Positions 52,801-64,000 of a stretch of DNA of 64,000 nucleotides are shown piece after piece (the first letter of the stretch is position 1; each line of letters opens with the position of its first letter). Made by a program: the position numbers and the translations under genes. The stretch comes from Octopus bimaculoides. Lineage: Eukaryota. The notes below the pieces were generated by a model. That model did not search any database and was not told the DNA's origin. It saw only the letters and a list, made by a program, of their open reading frames with translations. Location of the stretch: assembly GCF_001194135.2 (NCBI RefSeq), contig NC_068993.1, forward strand, positions 51,349,105 through 51,413,104. Direction: 5' to 3'.

Positions 52801-53732
52801 ATGGATGCTCCTGATTCTTTGCAACTTGATTTAATTTATTTATAATAGGATAATGACGCTTTGTTATGAAATTTTAATAGGTTATTTATTTTGGAATTAT
52901 ACAAGCCATATTTAGATGCTGAAAATATATACCTCTGAGAATACATGCATTGAAAATTGCATCGCGGTTTCTTATCACTTACGGATGCGAAAGTTATTTC
53001 TCAAAATTAAATTTAAGTAATCACACACATCCAGATCTGTGGATAATAATTTCGCGAACCATTTTAGAATTGCCACCTCATCAGTCCCAAAGCAAAGCAG
53101 AACCAAAATCTTCCTCTCATTAGAATATGAAATAAAAAGTTTATCTTATGCATAAAATTTATACTGCTTGCCTTATTTGTTGTTTAAAACATTTAGTATC
53201 TAAAACATTATGAATACCGGTTAAATTTATATATTATAACGTTCTTATTAGGATTATTTCGCGTAATGGCAGAAAAAACCTATGAGTTTATATAATATAG
53301 AAATATTCGTTATTTCTGCTCAATTTTCCAGTCAGTTCTACTATGTTGATTTTTTTCCCGTCTACGTCTAGTCCGCTTATCATCCTAAACCTCGTTGACT
53401 CTATCACTTTGGAATATTTGTAAGGGAACAAAACTTTTCAGTTTTACTTTGCAATGCCAAGGTATTGCTTAATGGTATTGTTTAATATTTACTTGAGAAC
53501 GGAGACCTGGCAGAATGGTTAGAACGTTGGAAAAATCCTATGGTATATTTTCGGTTCTTTATCTCCTGCGTTCGAATCACACCTAAGTCAACTTTACCGT
53601 TCATCGAAGTCAAATACTTGAAAATTGTAGGCTTTGTTCCTAAATCAGAAACCACTATTAGGTGTGACTTTTCCCTTCATTTCCTAGAAAGATGCACGGG
53701 AACAGTAGGCAAAGACTCCCTGCAGAGTCAAG

Positions 53733-53764
<32 letters not shown>

Positions 53765-53796
53765 GTATATAAATTAATAAGAAGTAGCGCGCTGCA

Positions 53797-53994
53797 AGAA
53801 ATGTTAGCACGCCGGGCAAAATGCTTAGCAGTATTTTGTCTGTCTTTACGTTCTGAGTTCAAATTCCACCGAGGTCGACTTTGCCTTTTATCCTCTCGAG
53901 ATCGATAAATTCATTACCAGTTCCGTACTGGGGTCGATCTAATCGACTAGCCCCTCCCAAAATATTTCTTCCCTTGTGCCTAGAGTAGAAAAGA

Positions 53995-53996
<2 letters not shown>
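53797..53996 (+). mobile_element. SINE family A, tail type 2
   Basis: gttagcacgccgggcaaaatgc...gagttcaaattccaccgaggtcgactttgcc...cttgtgcctagagtagaaaagaa. Confidence 0.9.
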
Positions 53997-54072
<76 letters not shown>

Positions 54073-54581
54073 CTACAGCAAAACCTTTTTATCTGAAGTG
54101 TTGCAAATCTAGTACAAGGTATTGTTAAATTAGAGCAATATCGGTAGATAATAAGTTACGGATCAAATAGTTTCAATCTCATGTTCGATGTAATTAATCA
54201 ACACTCTTTAGATCAATAATAATCGATCAATATGGGTCAGCTGAAATCAGACCTGAAGGTGGAGACAGTTGTTTAGTTAGGTATATATACAGTGTTGAGT
54301 AACGGTTGGTGTATATAACAGGAGATTAGTATCGGTAACAGCCAAGAGATGCCAGACTGTGGTAGATACCAGATGGTGTGTATATCAACAGTTCGCTATC
54401 GGTAACATATTCGATCGAGAAAGAGAGAGGGGGAGAGAGATGGTAGAGAGAGAGTGTGGTCAAGTAACTAGAACTGGAAAGTGAAACCAAATATCCGAAA
54501 CAATTATTTGATTAAATGATTTAAATATCACTGAAATGCTGATACTTAAATAGTGTGTGATTGTACTTGCGTTCGTGTACT

Positions 54582-54664
<83 letters not shown>

Positions 54665-55329
54665 ATGAAGGTTTGAAAATGCACACGTCTTTGATCGAAA
54701 TGAAGCTGTACCTGAAGAAACACTGACGCTGTTCAGTGGTATTGATCCTAACATCTATACAATTGCAAAGGAGGTAATGTCTTACCCCAAGAACCGTTTC
54801 TTTACTTATTTTGTACTTAAGCGATGTTGACAAGATACAGACCAACGACCTTCAAGTTTAGATCTCTGCTACCATAATAGTTTGCACATCAACAATCGCT
54901 GAGCCGCTATAATATGATAAATAGACAAAATTACATCATTATCTTTGATGAAAGAAATAAATGTCTGAGATGAATTATTGCTAATAAGATTATCGATTTT
55001 TCATCTTTTATCTTCATCTTCAAAAAGAAACAAACAAAATATTTTTTAATAATTAAATTTATATTACACTACGATTTGTTGGATCTCTGACGTCATTCGG
55101 TGTACGTTTTGTGGACAGGTGCATAGAAACCGATTGCATTTTGACTAGGTATCATAATGTTTAAGGGGCTTGCTTTATTTTTATCTATTTGTGAAGAATG
55201 AAAGGGTGAGAATACATTTGGTGGGATTCGAACACAGACCGTTAAATGACAAAACTAAATAAATCTGCAAGAGATTCTGACCACCACCATAAGCGAATCG
55301 GCTTTGTCTGTGATGAAGCAGGAAATAAA

Positions 55330-55535
55330 GAGAGAAGAAATTTTTTTGTGGGGTGGGGTCTAGTCGATTAATAATCACCCTGTCTTTCACTGGTGCTTAA
55401 TTCATCGACCCCCGAAAGGGCGAAAGGCAAAGTCGACCGAGGCGGGATTTGAACTCAGAACGTAGCGGCAGACGAAATACCGGCCGGCAAGAATTTCACC
55501 CGGCGTGCTAACGACTCTGCCAGCTCGCTGCCTCA
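55330..55535 (-). mobile_element. SINE family A
   Basis: Reverse complement of the family A head and central domain. Confidence 0.85.
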
Positions 55536-55556
55536 GGAGTAATAATAGTAATGATG

Positions 55557-55636
<80 letters not shown>

Positions 55637-55655
55637 AACTGGTACTTCTTGTGAA

Positions 55656-55679
55656 GTTAGGGTTAGGGTTAGGGTTAGG
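55656..55679 (+). repeat. Short interstitial telomeric repeat g(TTAGGG)3TTAGG
   Basis: Read directly; flanked by cttgtgaagtta / ctcgtgaagtta. Confidence 0.85.
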
Positions 55680-55704
55680 CTCGTGAAGTTAAAGTCCAAG
55701 AGGC

Positions 55705-55958
55705 AGAGTACTTGCCAGACACGCATACCCTTAATGTAGCTCTCACGGAGATTCAGTGTACCACAGGAAGTGACAAGGCTAAGCTCTATGAACGACAGGT
55801 ATCAACTCACTTTTTGCCAGTTGGGTGGACTGAAGCAACGTGTAAGAATAACAAAAAGAAATAACAGAAAGTGTCTTGCTCAAGGACACAAAGTACCGCC
55901 AGATATCGAACCCATGATCTTGAACCGAATACTCCTAACCACGAAGCCACGCGCCTAC
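55705..55958 (-). mobile_element. SINE family B
   Basis: Reverse-complement head gtgtaggcgcgtggcttcgtggttagg...gggttcgata; body ttgtgtccttgagcaagacacttt. Confidence 0.8.
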
Positions 55959-58052
55959 ACGAGGAGAAGAAGAAGAAGAAGACGACGGCAACGACGATGA
56001 CGACGACGACGTCGGTTCTTCATTGTTATTTACCATTTAACGGTTAAATATGCAGCGTGGTTGGCTAATTATTCTACAATTAGCTCAAACGGATATCTTG
56101 TCTTGACCAAACCGAAGACGATATCATTTCTTTAATATTATTTAATATACACGGTTTATAATGTCTGGTTGTTGTTGTTGCTGCTGTTGTTGCTGTTGTT
56201 ATTGTTGTTACTGCTGCTGCTGCTAGTGTTGTTGTAGTTGTTGTTCATTTCGGATATTAGATTTGGTCTTCTATGTTCAAAGTGTATATTAACTATATTA
56301 ACCTCATATATCAATCAGTAGGAAGCCCGTTAAGAAATGAGTTTCAGTTTGGTGACGAAGGCGGGGTTGGTGGTGCTGTTGTGGTTAGTGGTGGTGGTGG
56401 TGGTGGTGGTGGTGGTGTGAGAGGCGGGGCTGCGAGTTATCCTTTGTATATCTTCATTTCCACAGTCCAACGTCCAATGAAAGCTTCAGTATATTATTAA
56501 ATCAACAAGTTTCGACCGGTACCATTATAACTAAATAGACTCATACNNNNNNNNNNNNNNNNNNNNNNNNNNNNNNNNNNNNNNNNNNNNNNNNNNNNNN
56601 NNNNNNNNNNNNNNNNNNNNNNNNNNNNNNNNNNNNNNNNNNNNNNNNNNNNNNNNNNNNNNNNNNNNNNNNNNNNNNNNNNNNNNNNNNNNNNNNNNNN
56701 NNNNNNNNNNNNNNNNNNNNNNNNNNNNNNNNNNNNNNNNNNNNNNNNNNNNNNNNNNNNNNNNNNNNNNNNNNNNNNNNNNNNNNNNNNNNNNNNNNNN
56801 NNNNNNNNNNNNNNNNNNNNNNNNNNNNNNNNNNNNNNNNNNNNNNNNNNNNNNNNNNNNNNNNNNNNNNNNNNNNNNNNNNNNNNNNNNNNNNNNNNNN
56901 NNNNNNNNNNNNNNNNNNNNNNNNNNNNNNNNNNNNNNNNNNNNNNNNNNNNNNNNNNNNNNNNNNNNNNNNNNNNNNNNNNNNNNNNNNNNNNNNNNNN
57001 NNNNNNNNNNNNNNNNNNNNNNNNNNNNNNNNNNNNNNNNNNNNNNNNNNNNNNNNNNNNNNNNNNNNNNNNNNNNNNNNNNNNNNNNNNNNNNNNNNNN
57101 NNNNNNNNNNNNNNNNNNNNNNNNNNNNNNNNNNNNNNNNNNNNNNNNNTGATGGTGGCGGTAGTGGTGGTGCTGGTGCTGGTGCTTGTGGTGAATGTAG
57201 TGATATTGTTCTTATTGGTGGTGGGTGGTGGTAATGGTGGTGGTGATGGCAGTGGCGGTTGTGGTACTGGTGTTGGCGATGGTGGTGGTACTTGCGGTGC
57301 GATATTTAGCCTCAGGGCAGTTCTGAACAAGTTCACCTACGAGTATGTTTAGAATATATTCAAGCCGTGGCCATCACGTCACTAAAGTGACGGGGGTACA
57401 AAATGGTACCGACATTGCTAGAAATAAGAGTCAAAACGACTCATTAGCCACCAGAGCGCTATCTTAATTACAAAAGAACTACTAGTGGTTTCATGCTTTT
57501 ACGATACTTTAAAGAAGTAAATTTGTTAACAAGCCATGTATCTCCAAGCAATCTATCAGACTCTATTTATGAGTTAAACGTATTTTAAAATCAGGACGCT
57601 GGATAGTGAGAAAATAAGAAAAGAAAACAAGTATAAAAACTCGAAGAAGGTTGATGCAAAAAACGGAACGAGAAGGAAGGAATGAAGGCCTGAAAACGAA
57701 GCTCACTGATTGCAGAAACCACAATTAATGCAGGAAGTATATAACAAAACATGCGATTCATCAACTCAACATGGATCGGGTAGTATCCTCCAGTTCCACA
57801 GCAGAAACCTATCAATGTGTTTTCAGCTGCTAAAAATTTCAGATCTGGAATTATGTAGTGTGGAGGAATTCTTGGATCTGAGAAGAATATGACGTTTTTC
57901 TGCTGCGTATGAGTTGGAGTTCTTAGATGCATTAGCTGTGCTTACGTCCCAGTAAATTAGCGGTTCGGCAAAAGAAAAATATTGAATAAACACCAACCTT
58001 AAAAAAAAATATATATATATGTATATCATATATAAATATGTATAGAGAGAGA

Positions 58053-58169
58053 GAGCAACGTGAAATGAAGTGTTTTGTTCAAGAACACAACTCGTCGCCC
58101 AGGAATCGAAACCACAATCTTATGATCATGTGTCCAGCACTATAACCACTAAGCCACGCGCCTCCACAT
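58053..58169 (-). mobile_element. SINE family B, 5' part
   Basis: Reverse complement shows A-box tggcttagtgg, B-box gtttcgattcc and gttgtgttcttgaacaaaacacttcatttcacgttgc. Confidence 0.85.
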
Positions 58170-58389
58170 TGCAATACTGGACAGTACTGTGACTAAAGAA
58201 CAACAACCACAACAGCAAAAACAACAACGGCAACAACAATAACAACAAGAAAGATGATGATAATGATGAAGATGATAATGATGATGAGAAGAAGACGATG
58301 GAAGATGATGAGAAGGCGAAGAAGATGAAGAAACGATGAAAAATAGAAAAAAGTAAAGTTACACTAATGAAGTATGAGAGAAAGCGATG

Positions 58390-58970
58390 TGGTCGAAAAA
58401 TAGTGTAGGTGGTAGCGGAGGATGTAGTGTTGTTTTAGCTGTTGTTATTGGAGGGGGGTGATGGGGGTGATGGTGATGGTGGTGGTGGTGGTGGTGGNNN
58501 NNNNNNNNNNNNNNNNNNNNNNNNNNNNNNNNNNNNNNNNNNNNNNNNNNNNNNNNNNNNNNNNNNNNNNNNGGGGGGGGGAGTCGAGGAGGGGGAGATG
58601 TGTGTGGTGAAGCACAACGTATTAAAGTCTGTATTGATGGGTTTACTCAGTAAACATGGTAATAATTAATTGCGGTGACGTTGTTGTTGTTCTTGCAGGT
58701 GGTGGTGGTGGGAATAGCAGTGGTAGTGGGGATAATGGTTGTGGTGGGGATAATGGAGGTCGTGGGAATCATGTTGTGGTGGTGGTGGTGAGACTGTTGT
58801 AGTTGTTCTTGTTCTTGTCGCTGCTCTTGTTGGTAGTGCGGATGATGATGGCCGTGCTGAGGGTGAGGCTGTTCATGTTGTTGATGTTGTTGTTGTTGAC
58901 GTTATTGTTGTTGTTGGCAGTGGTGATGATGATGGCCGTGCTGGTGGTGAGATCGTTGATGCTGTTCTTG

Positions 58971-59002
<32 letters not shown>

Positions 59003-59093
59003 GGTAGCGATGATGATTGTAGTCGTGGTGTGGCGATGGTTGTGGTGGCGGTAATGTTGTTGGTGGTGGTTATTGTAGTGGTGATGGTGATGG
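58390..59093. repeat. GGT/GTT/GAT triplet low-complexity tract
   Basis: Read directly; similar tracts at 5320-5430, 27960-28240, 56170-56420 and 57150-57300. Confidence 0.85.
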
Positions 59094-59683
59094 NNNNNNN
59101 NNNATTTTGAAGTCCATCCTTAAAGGGTTGTTGTGTACCACAAGGAACAAGGTAGGATTTTAGCTGTGTATATGTATGCGGCGCCTCTGTGTACAGTCCA
59201 TGTCTTTATGCATGTATGTATGTGATCGTGTGTGTATGTGTGTGCAAGAGTGTATGATCGCATGTGTGCATAAGTATGCCTGTGTGTATGTATGCGGTTT
59301 TAGTGAGAAGAGTACATGACGTCATGTTTAAATCTGTGAGAGTGTATGTGTGTGAGAGATTGCGCGTGTAAACATGCGTGTACTTGTATGTGTGTGCGTG
59401 TGTATATATCAATACGTTTAGGTGTGTCTCACTATGTGTGCATAAGTGTCTGCGTGATTGTGTGCTAAAAGATGCAAACACACTTCCATAAATATTTGTT
59501 TACGTATCCACACGTCTATATTTGTGCAGGTGCACGTTTATGTAGTGTGTGTATGTGCGCACGCGTGTCTGTGTATCTATGTGCATGGGTGGGTGTACAC
59601 GTGTGTATGGAATGCACGTGAGTATACATTTGTCTGTTGATAAACTATGTAACTATAATTTCGTACATGCGTGTTTTGTACGT

Positions 59684-59738
59684 TTATATTTTCGTACATG
59701 AGTTATATTTTCGTACATGAGTTATATTTTCGTACATG
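59684..59738. repeat. 19-bp minisatellite (tatattttcgtacatgagt) x3
   Basis: tcgtacatg at 59692, 59711 and 59730, plus a degenerate copy at 59661. Confidence 0.9.
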
Positions 59739-60898
59739 TGTATGTTCATGGAATCTAGGACATCCGCCCACCATGGACAATAAACCTTACCCCCAGGAAC
59801 AATCACCCCTAAGGAAAACAGACGATGATTTAAATCTTTTTAATATATTTGAGAGGGGGTAATTAACCAGGTGGAATAATTGTCCTAGAGGGTAGTTGTC
59901 GTCGGAGGGAGCAGCCAACAGTTCTTTATGTTGTTTGTTTTGTTTTCCATTAGTGTTTTTCGTTGTTCGAAAGAAGAGTTCATGTTTCGTGTACTCGTGC
60001 TTCGTACTCTTTTGTTATACACATTTCACGACGTCCTGTGCTCACATATGCATATATGTATACATATAGATGTAAGTAGGTACATATACGTATGTATATA
60101 TGCATATATATANNNNNNNNNNNNNNNNNNNNNNNNNNNNNNNNNNNNNNNNNNNNNNNNNNNNNNNNNNNNNNNNNNNNNNNNNNNNNNNNNNNNNNNN
60201 NNNNNNNNNNNNNNNNNNNNNNNNNNNNNNNNNNNNNNNNNNNNNNNNNNNNNNNNNNNNNNNNNNNNNNNNNNNNNNNNNNNNNNNNNNNNNNNNNNNN
60301 NNNNNNNNNNNNNNNNNNNNNNNNNNNNNNNNNNNNNNNNNNNNNNNNNNNNNNNNNNNNNNNNNNNNNNNNNNNNNNNNNNNNNNNNNNNNNNNNNNNN
60401 NNNNNNNNNNNNNNNNNNNNNNNNNNNNNNNNNNNNNNNNNNNNNNNNNNNNNNNNNNNNNNNNNNNNNNNNNNNNNNNNNNNNNNNNNNNNNNNNNNNN
60501 NNNNNNNNNNNNNNNNNNNNNNNNNNNNNNNNNNNNNNNNNNNNNNNNNNNNNNNNNNNNNNNNNNNNNNNNNNNNNNNNNNNNNNNNNNNNNNNNNNNN
60601 NNNNNNNNNNNNNNNNNNNNNNNNNNNNNNNNNNNNNNNNNNNNNNNNNNNNNNNNNNNNNNNNNNNNNNNNNNNNNNNNNNNNNNNNNNNNNNNNNNNN
60701 NNNNNNNNNNNNNNNNNNNNNNNNNNNNNNNNNNNNNNNNNNNNNNNNNNNNNNNNNNNNNNNNNNNNNNNNNNNNNNNNNNNNNNNNNNNNNNNNNNNN
60801 NNNNNNNNNNNNNNNNNNNNNNNNNATGTATATGCATGTGCGAGCATGATGCTTCTGCAAGAAAGTAACTGACACACCCACCTACACACACATATACT

Positions 60899-60937
<39 letters not shown>

Positions 60938-62279
60938 GTCGAAAGAAAAATAATGTGAGAAAAATCAACCTAGTTTGCAATTATGTCTTCAATTGTATAT
61001 TTTTGTGCGTGTGTGTGTGTGTATAGCCGGGTATTTCCATGTGCGTATCAATATCTTTATGTCTTGTATATGTGTGCTTGTATACACAGTGTGTATTTTG
61101 TGAATGTGTGAGTATCTGTACGTGTTCCGTGTATATATGTGTGAGTGCGTGTGTGTGTGTGTATGTGTGTGCCAGTGTGTATAATTATAGACACATGCAT
61201 GGGATTTTCACTATTATCGTATAGTATATTTATGTGTTAGCGAAATTGCAGCGGATTGCAATCGTATGTATATGTGTTGTATACGCAGTCATGAGGAAAT
61301 GGTTAAGAAGTGAGATTAGGAATCGTAATGACACAGGTTCGATCTCAATGCGTATCACCAAGTTTCAGTGTCTTGTACTGTTGGTTTTTTTATTAGTAGA
61401 TGCCTTACATTTACACTATCGAAGCATGTTAAAAAGACTGCAGTTATAAGTCCAAAACCAAGCAGGGAACGTATTTGATAACCTCTCCGAAACGTACGGA
61501 GTCCACGGCCTGGTTAGGGGATACTGCGAGCTGGTTTACTGTATTTACACTTATTTGTCGAAACCGAGACGTTTTCTTCATAACAGAAAATGCACTGAAT
61601 AGCAGTCATGCGGTTTCCTGTACGTCTCTAACATGTTCGAACTGCTAACAAGTTTACATATATATATATAGATNNNNNNNNNNNNNNNNNNNNNNNNNNN
61701 NNNNNNNNNNNNNNNNNNNNNNNNNNNNNNNNNNNNNNNNNNNNNNNNNNNNNNNNNNNNNNNNNNNNNNNNNNNNNNNNNNNNNNNNNNNNNNNNNNNN
61801 NNNNNNNNNNNNNNNNNNNNNNNNNNNNNNNNNNNNNNNNNNNNNNNNNNNNNNNNNNNNNNNNNNNNNNNNNNNNNNNNNNNNNNNNNNNNNNNNNNNN
61901 NNNNNNNNNNNNNNNNNNNNNNNNNNNNNNNNNNNNNNNNNNNNNNNNNNNNNNNNNNNNNNNNNNNNNNNNNNNNNNNNNNNNNNNNNNNNNNNNNNNN
62001 NNNNNNNNNNNNNNNNNNNNNNNNNNNNNNNNNNNNNNNNNNNNNNNNNNNNNNNNNNNNNNNNNNNNNNNNNNNNNNNNNNNNNNNNNNNNNNNNNNNN
62101 NNNNNNNNNNNNNNNNNNNNNNNNNNNNNNNNNNNNNNNNNNNNNNNNNNNNNNNNNNNNNNNNNNNNNNNNNNNNNNNNNNNNNNNNNNNNNNNNNNNN
62201 NNNNNNNNNNNNNNNNNNNNNNNNNNNNNNNNNNNNNNNNNNNNNNNNNNNNNNNNNNNNNNNNNNNNNNNNNNNNNNN

Positions 62280-62311
<32 letters not shown>

Positions 62312-64000
62312 GCACATACATATACATATATGTAGATAGATAGATAGATACGGTGATACGGTGTGTATAGAAACATGGAACTGCTGCAGGCGTAATGTTT
62401 CGTCAGCGAAAAAATCCTCAGATATTTGTATCCAAAACATAGGTCTCAGCTTTGGAAGCCGGTAGACCACCAAGCACCAAATATCGACTCAATTAGATGT
62501 CTTCAAGAACAAATATCCCGGAAGTTCAAATTTCTGCTAATAAATAGTTTTTATTTCTGTAATGAAATAAAAGCCAGTCAATAACGTTCATTTATTTAAA
62601 ACGAAAATGTCAACCGTATCTCTTAGAGTGATCTTCCATTGTATAAGGTGTTTTAACACAGTTAAACACCAATCATTCATATTTCTGTCAAAACTAATTT
62701 TTTCAACGATAGCATTAAAAATTCTTCTACTGCCGTTCTCCTCTTCCCTCTAAATATTGCACATAATATATTACACTTAATCCTTTTATACTGGCTTCAC
62801 ATTCCACTGCGTTTTCATCAACATTTCCATCAGTCCGCGCCTGTATTTAGTTTAACATTCTTTTTTTTTTTTTTTTCAAAAAGACTATTATGACTCAGAT
62901 ATTACTATCCTTAAAAATTTCATTTTACATACAGAACTTACACAGTGAATGTTATTTATATATATATNNNNNNNNNNNNNNNNNNNNNNNNNNNNNNNNN
63001 NNNNNNNNNNNNNNNNNNNNNNNNNNNNNNNNNNNNNNNNNNNNNNNNNNNNNNNNNNNNNNNNNNNNNNNNNNNNNNNNNNNNNNNNNNNNNNNNNNNN
63101 NNNNNNNNNNNNNNNNNNNNNNNNNNNNNNNNNNNNNNNNNNNNNNNNNNNNNNNNNNNNNNNNNNNNNNNNNNNNNNNNNNNNNNNNNNNNNNNNNNNN
63201 NNNNNNNNNNNNNNNNNNNNNNNNNNNNNNNNNNNNNNNNNNNNNNNNNNNNNNNNNNNNNNNNNNNNNNNNNNNNNNNNNNNNNNNNNNNNNNNNNNNN
63301 NNNNNNNNNNNNNNNNNNNNNNNNNNNNNNNNNNNNNNNNNNNNNNNNNNNNNNNNNNNNNNNNNNNNNNNNNNNNNNNNNNNNNNNNNNNNNNNNNNNN
63401 NNNNNNNNNNNNNNNNNNNNNNNNNNNNNNNNNNNNNNNNNNNNNNNNNNNNNNNNNNNNNNNNNNNNNNNNNNNNNNNNNNNNNNNNNNNNNNNNNNNN
63501 NNNNNNNNNNGAATAAAAATGGAAAAAAAAAAAGGAAATACGTCAGTTGAAAAAGAAGAAAAAGTTCAAAAAATCAAAACTAAATCATACACACTTAGCA
63601 TGCTTAAATATCTCAAAGAAAACATTGTTATATTTAAAATGTGAATAAAACCTCATTTTTTGTATACACGTGTAAATGCCATTATATAGATTGTGTTGTC
63701 ATTGTGTACAAGTCTTGTATTGTCAGGAAATAAGCGACTTAAGATATTTAATCTTAAATTGCTTAAACTACTATTTATAGTGTTCAAATTAAATGTTACA
63801 TTTTTCCCTGTTACTATTTTTCTTTTTTCTTCTTAAACAACATTGTAAACTGTGTGTTGTGACTTATTTTTCCTTTGACAGTATTTCCGTTCAACCCGAT
63901 TCTGTATACATACATCAATATTTTCATATTCTGCATTGACGTTAGCATCTTTATATAACTTAGTTCCATAATTGTAAAAACCTCGTGTTGGATCTGTTGA

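Noticed and set aside
53045-53090. CTGATGA...GAAA on the minus strand
   Set aside because: Stem II is mostly G-U or mismatched, and stems I and III cannot both form.
54710-54755. CTGAAGA followed by a CACTGA/TCAGTG hairpin
   Set aside because: The GAAA half of the core is absent; at best an unrecognisably decayed motif.
59684-59738. Short direct repeats as a possible CRISPR (also 52690-52800)
   Set aside because: Units are contiguous or have related spacers, there are no cas genes, and the context is eukaryotic.
59760-59905. ggacaat/accccc versus ggggtaatt/attgtcc motifs suggesting a MITE with subterminal repeats
   Set aside because: Too degenerate to define ends or a TSD.
62395-62425. CTGAGGA...GAAAC on the minus strand
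   Set aside because: No stem II pairing.

Overview
Eukaryotic, AT-rich, gap-riddled scaffold DNA with no bacterial features, no CRISPR array and no intact protein-coding gene that I can support. The repeat landscape is dense (TA/CA/GA/TATC/AAT/ACC) microsatellites, with nearly every N-gap abutting one, plus four tRNA-headed SINE types (my labels A, B, B' and C). This most resembles a coleoid cephalopod (Octopus-like) short-read assembly; that is an inference from pattern recognition, not a database hit. Recognisable decayed elements: a mariner transposase pseudogene with its 3' TIR; four pieces of an R4/Dong-like RLE LINE, three of them touching (AAT)n tracts; a HERO/NeSL-like LINE fragment; an RTE LINE 3' end; Tc1/mariner, hAT and pogo-type MITEs; and Penelope-like termini. 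The most interesting signals are: (1) hammerhead-ribozyme-like folds of three architectures, including an A6U core variant and one held inside a 154-bp inverted-repeat element; (2) a short (TTAGGG)n insertion flanked by a 12-bp duplication; (3) a SINE carrying an internal microsatellite, with one copy that lost it by microhomology deletion; and (4) one candidate exon whose peptide has Cys-loop-receptor-like spacing. Almost all ORFs in the supplied track are artefacts of microsatellites or N runs.
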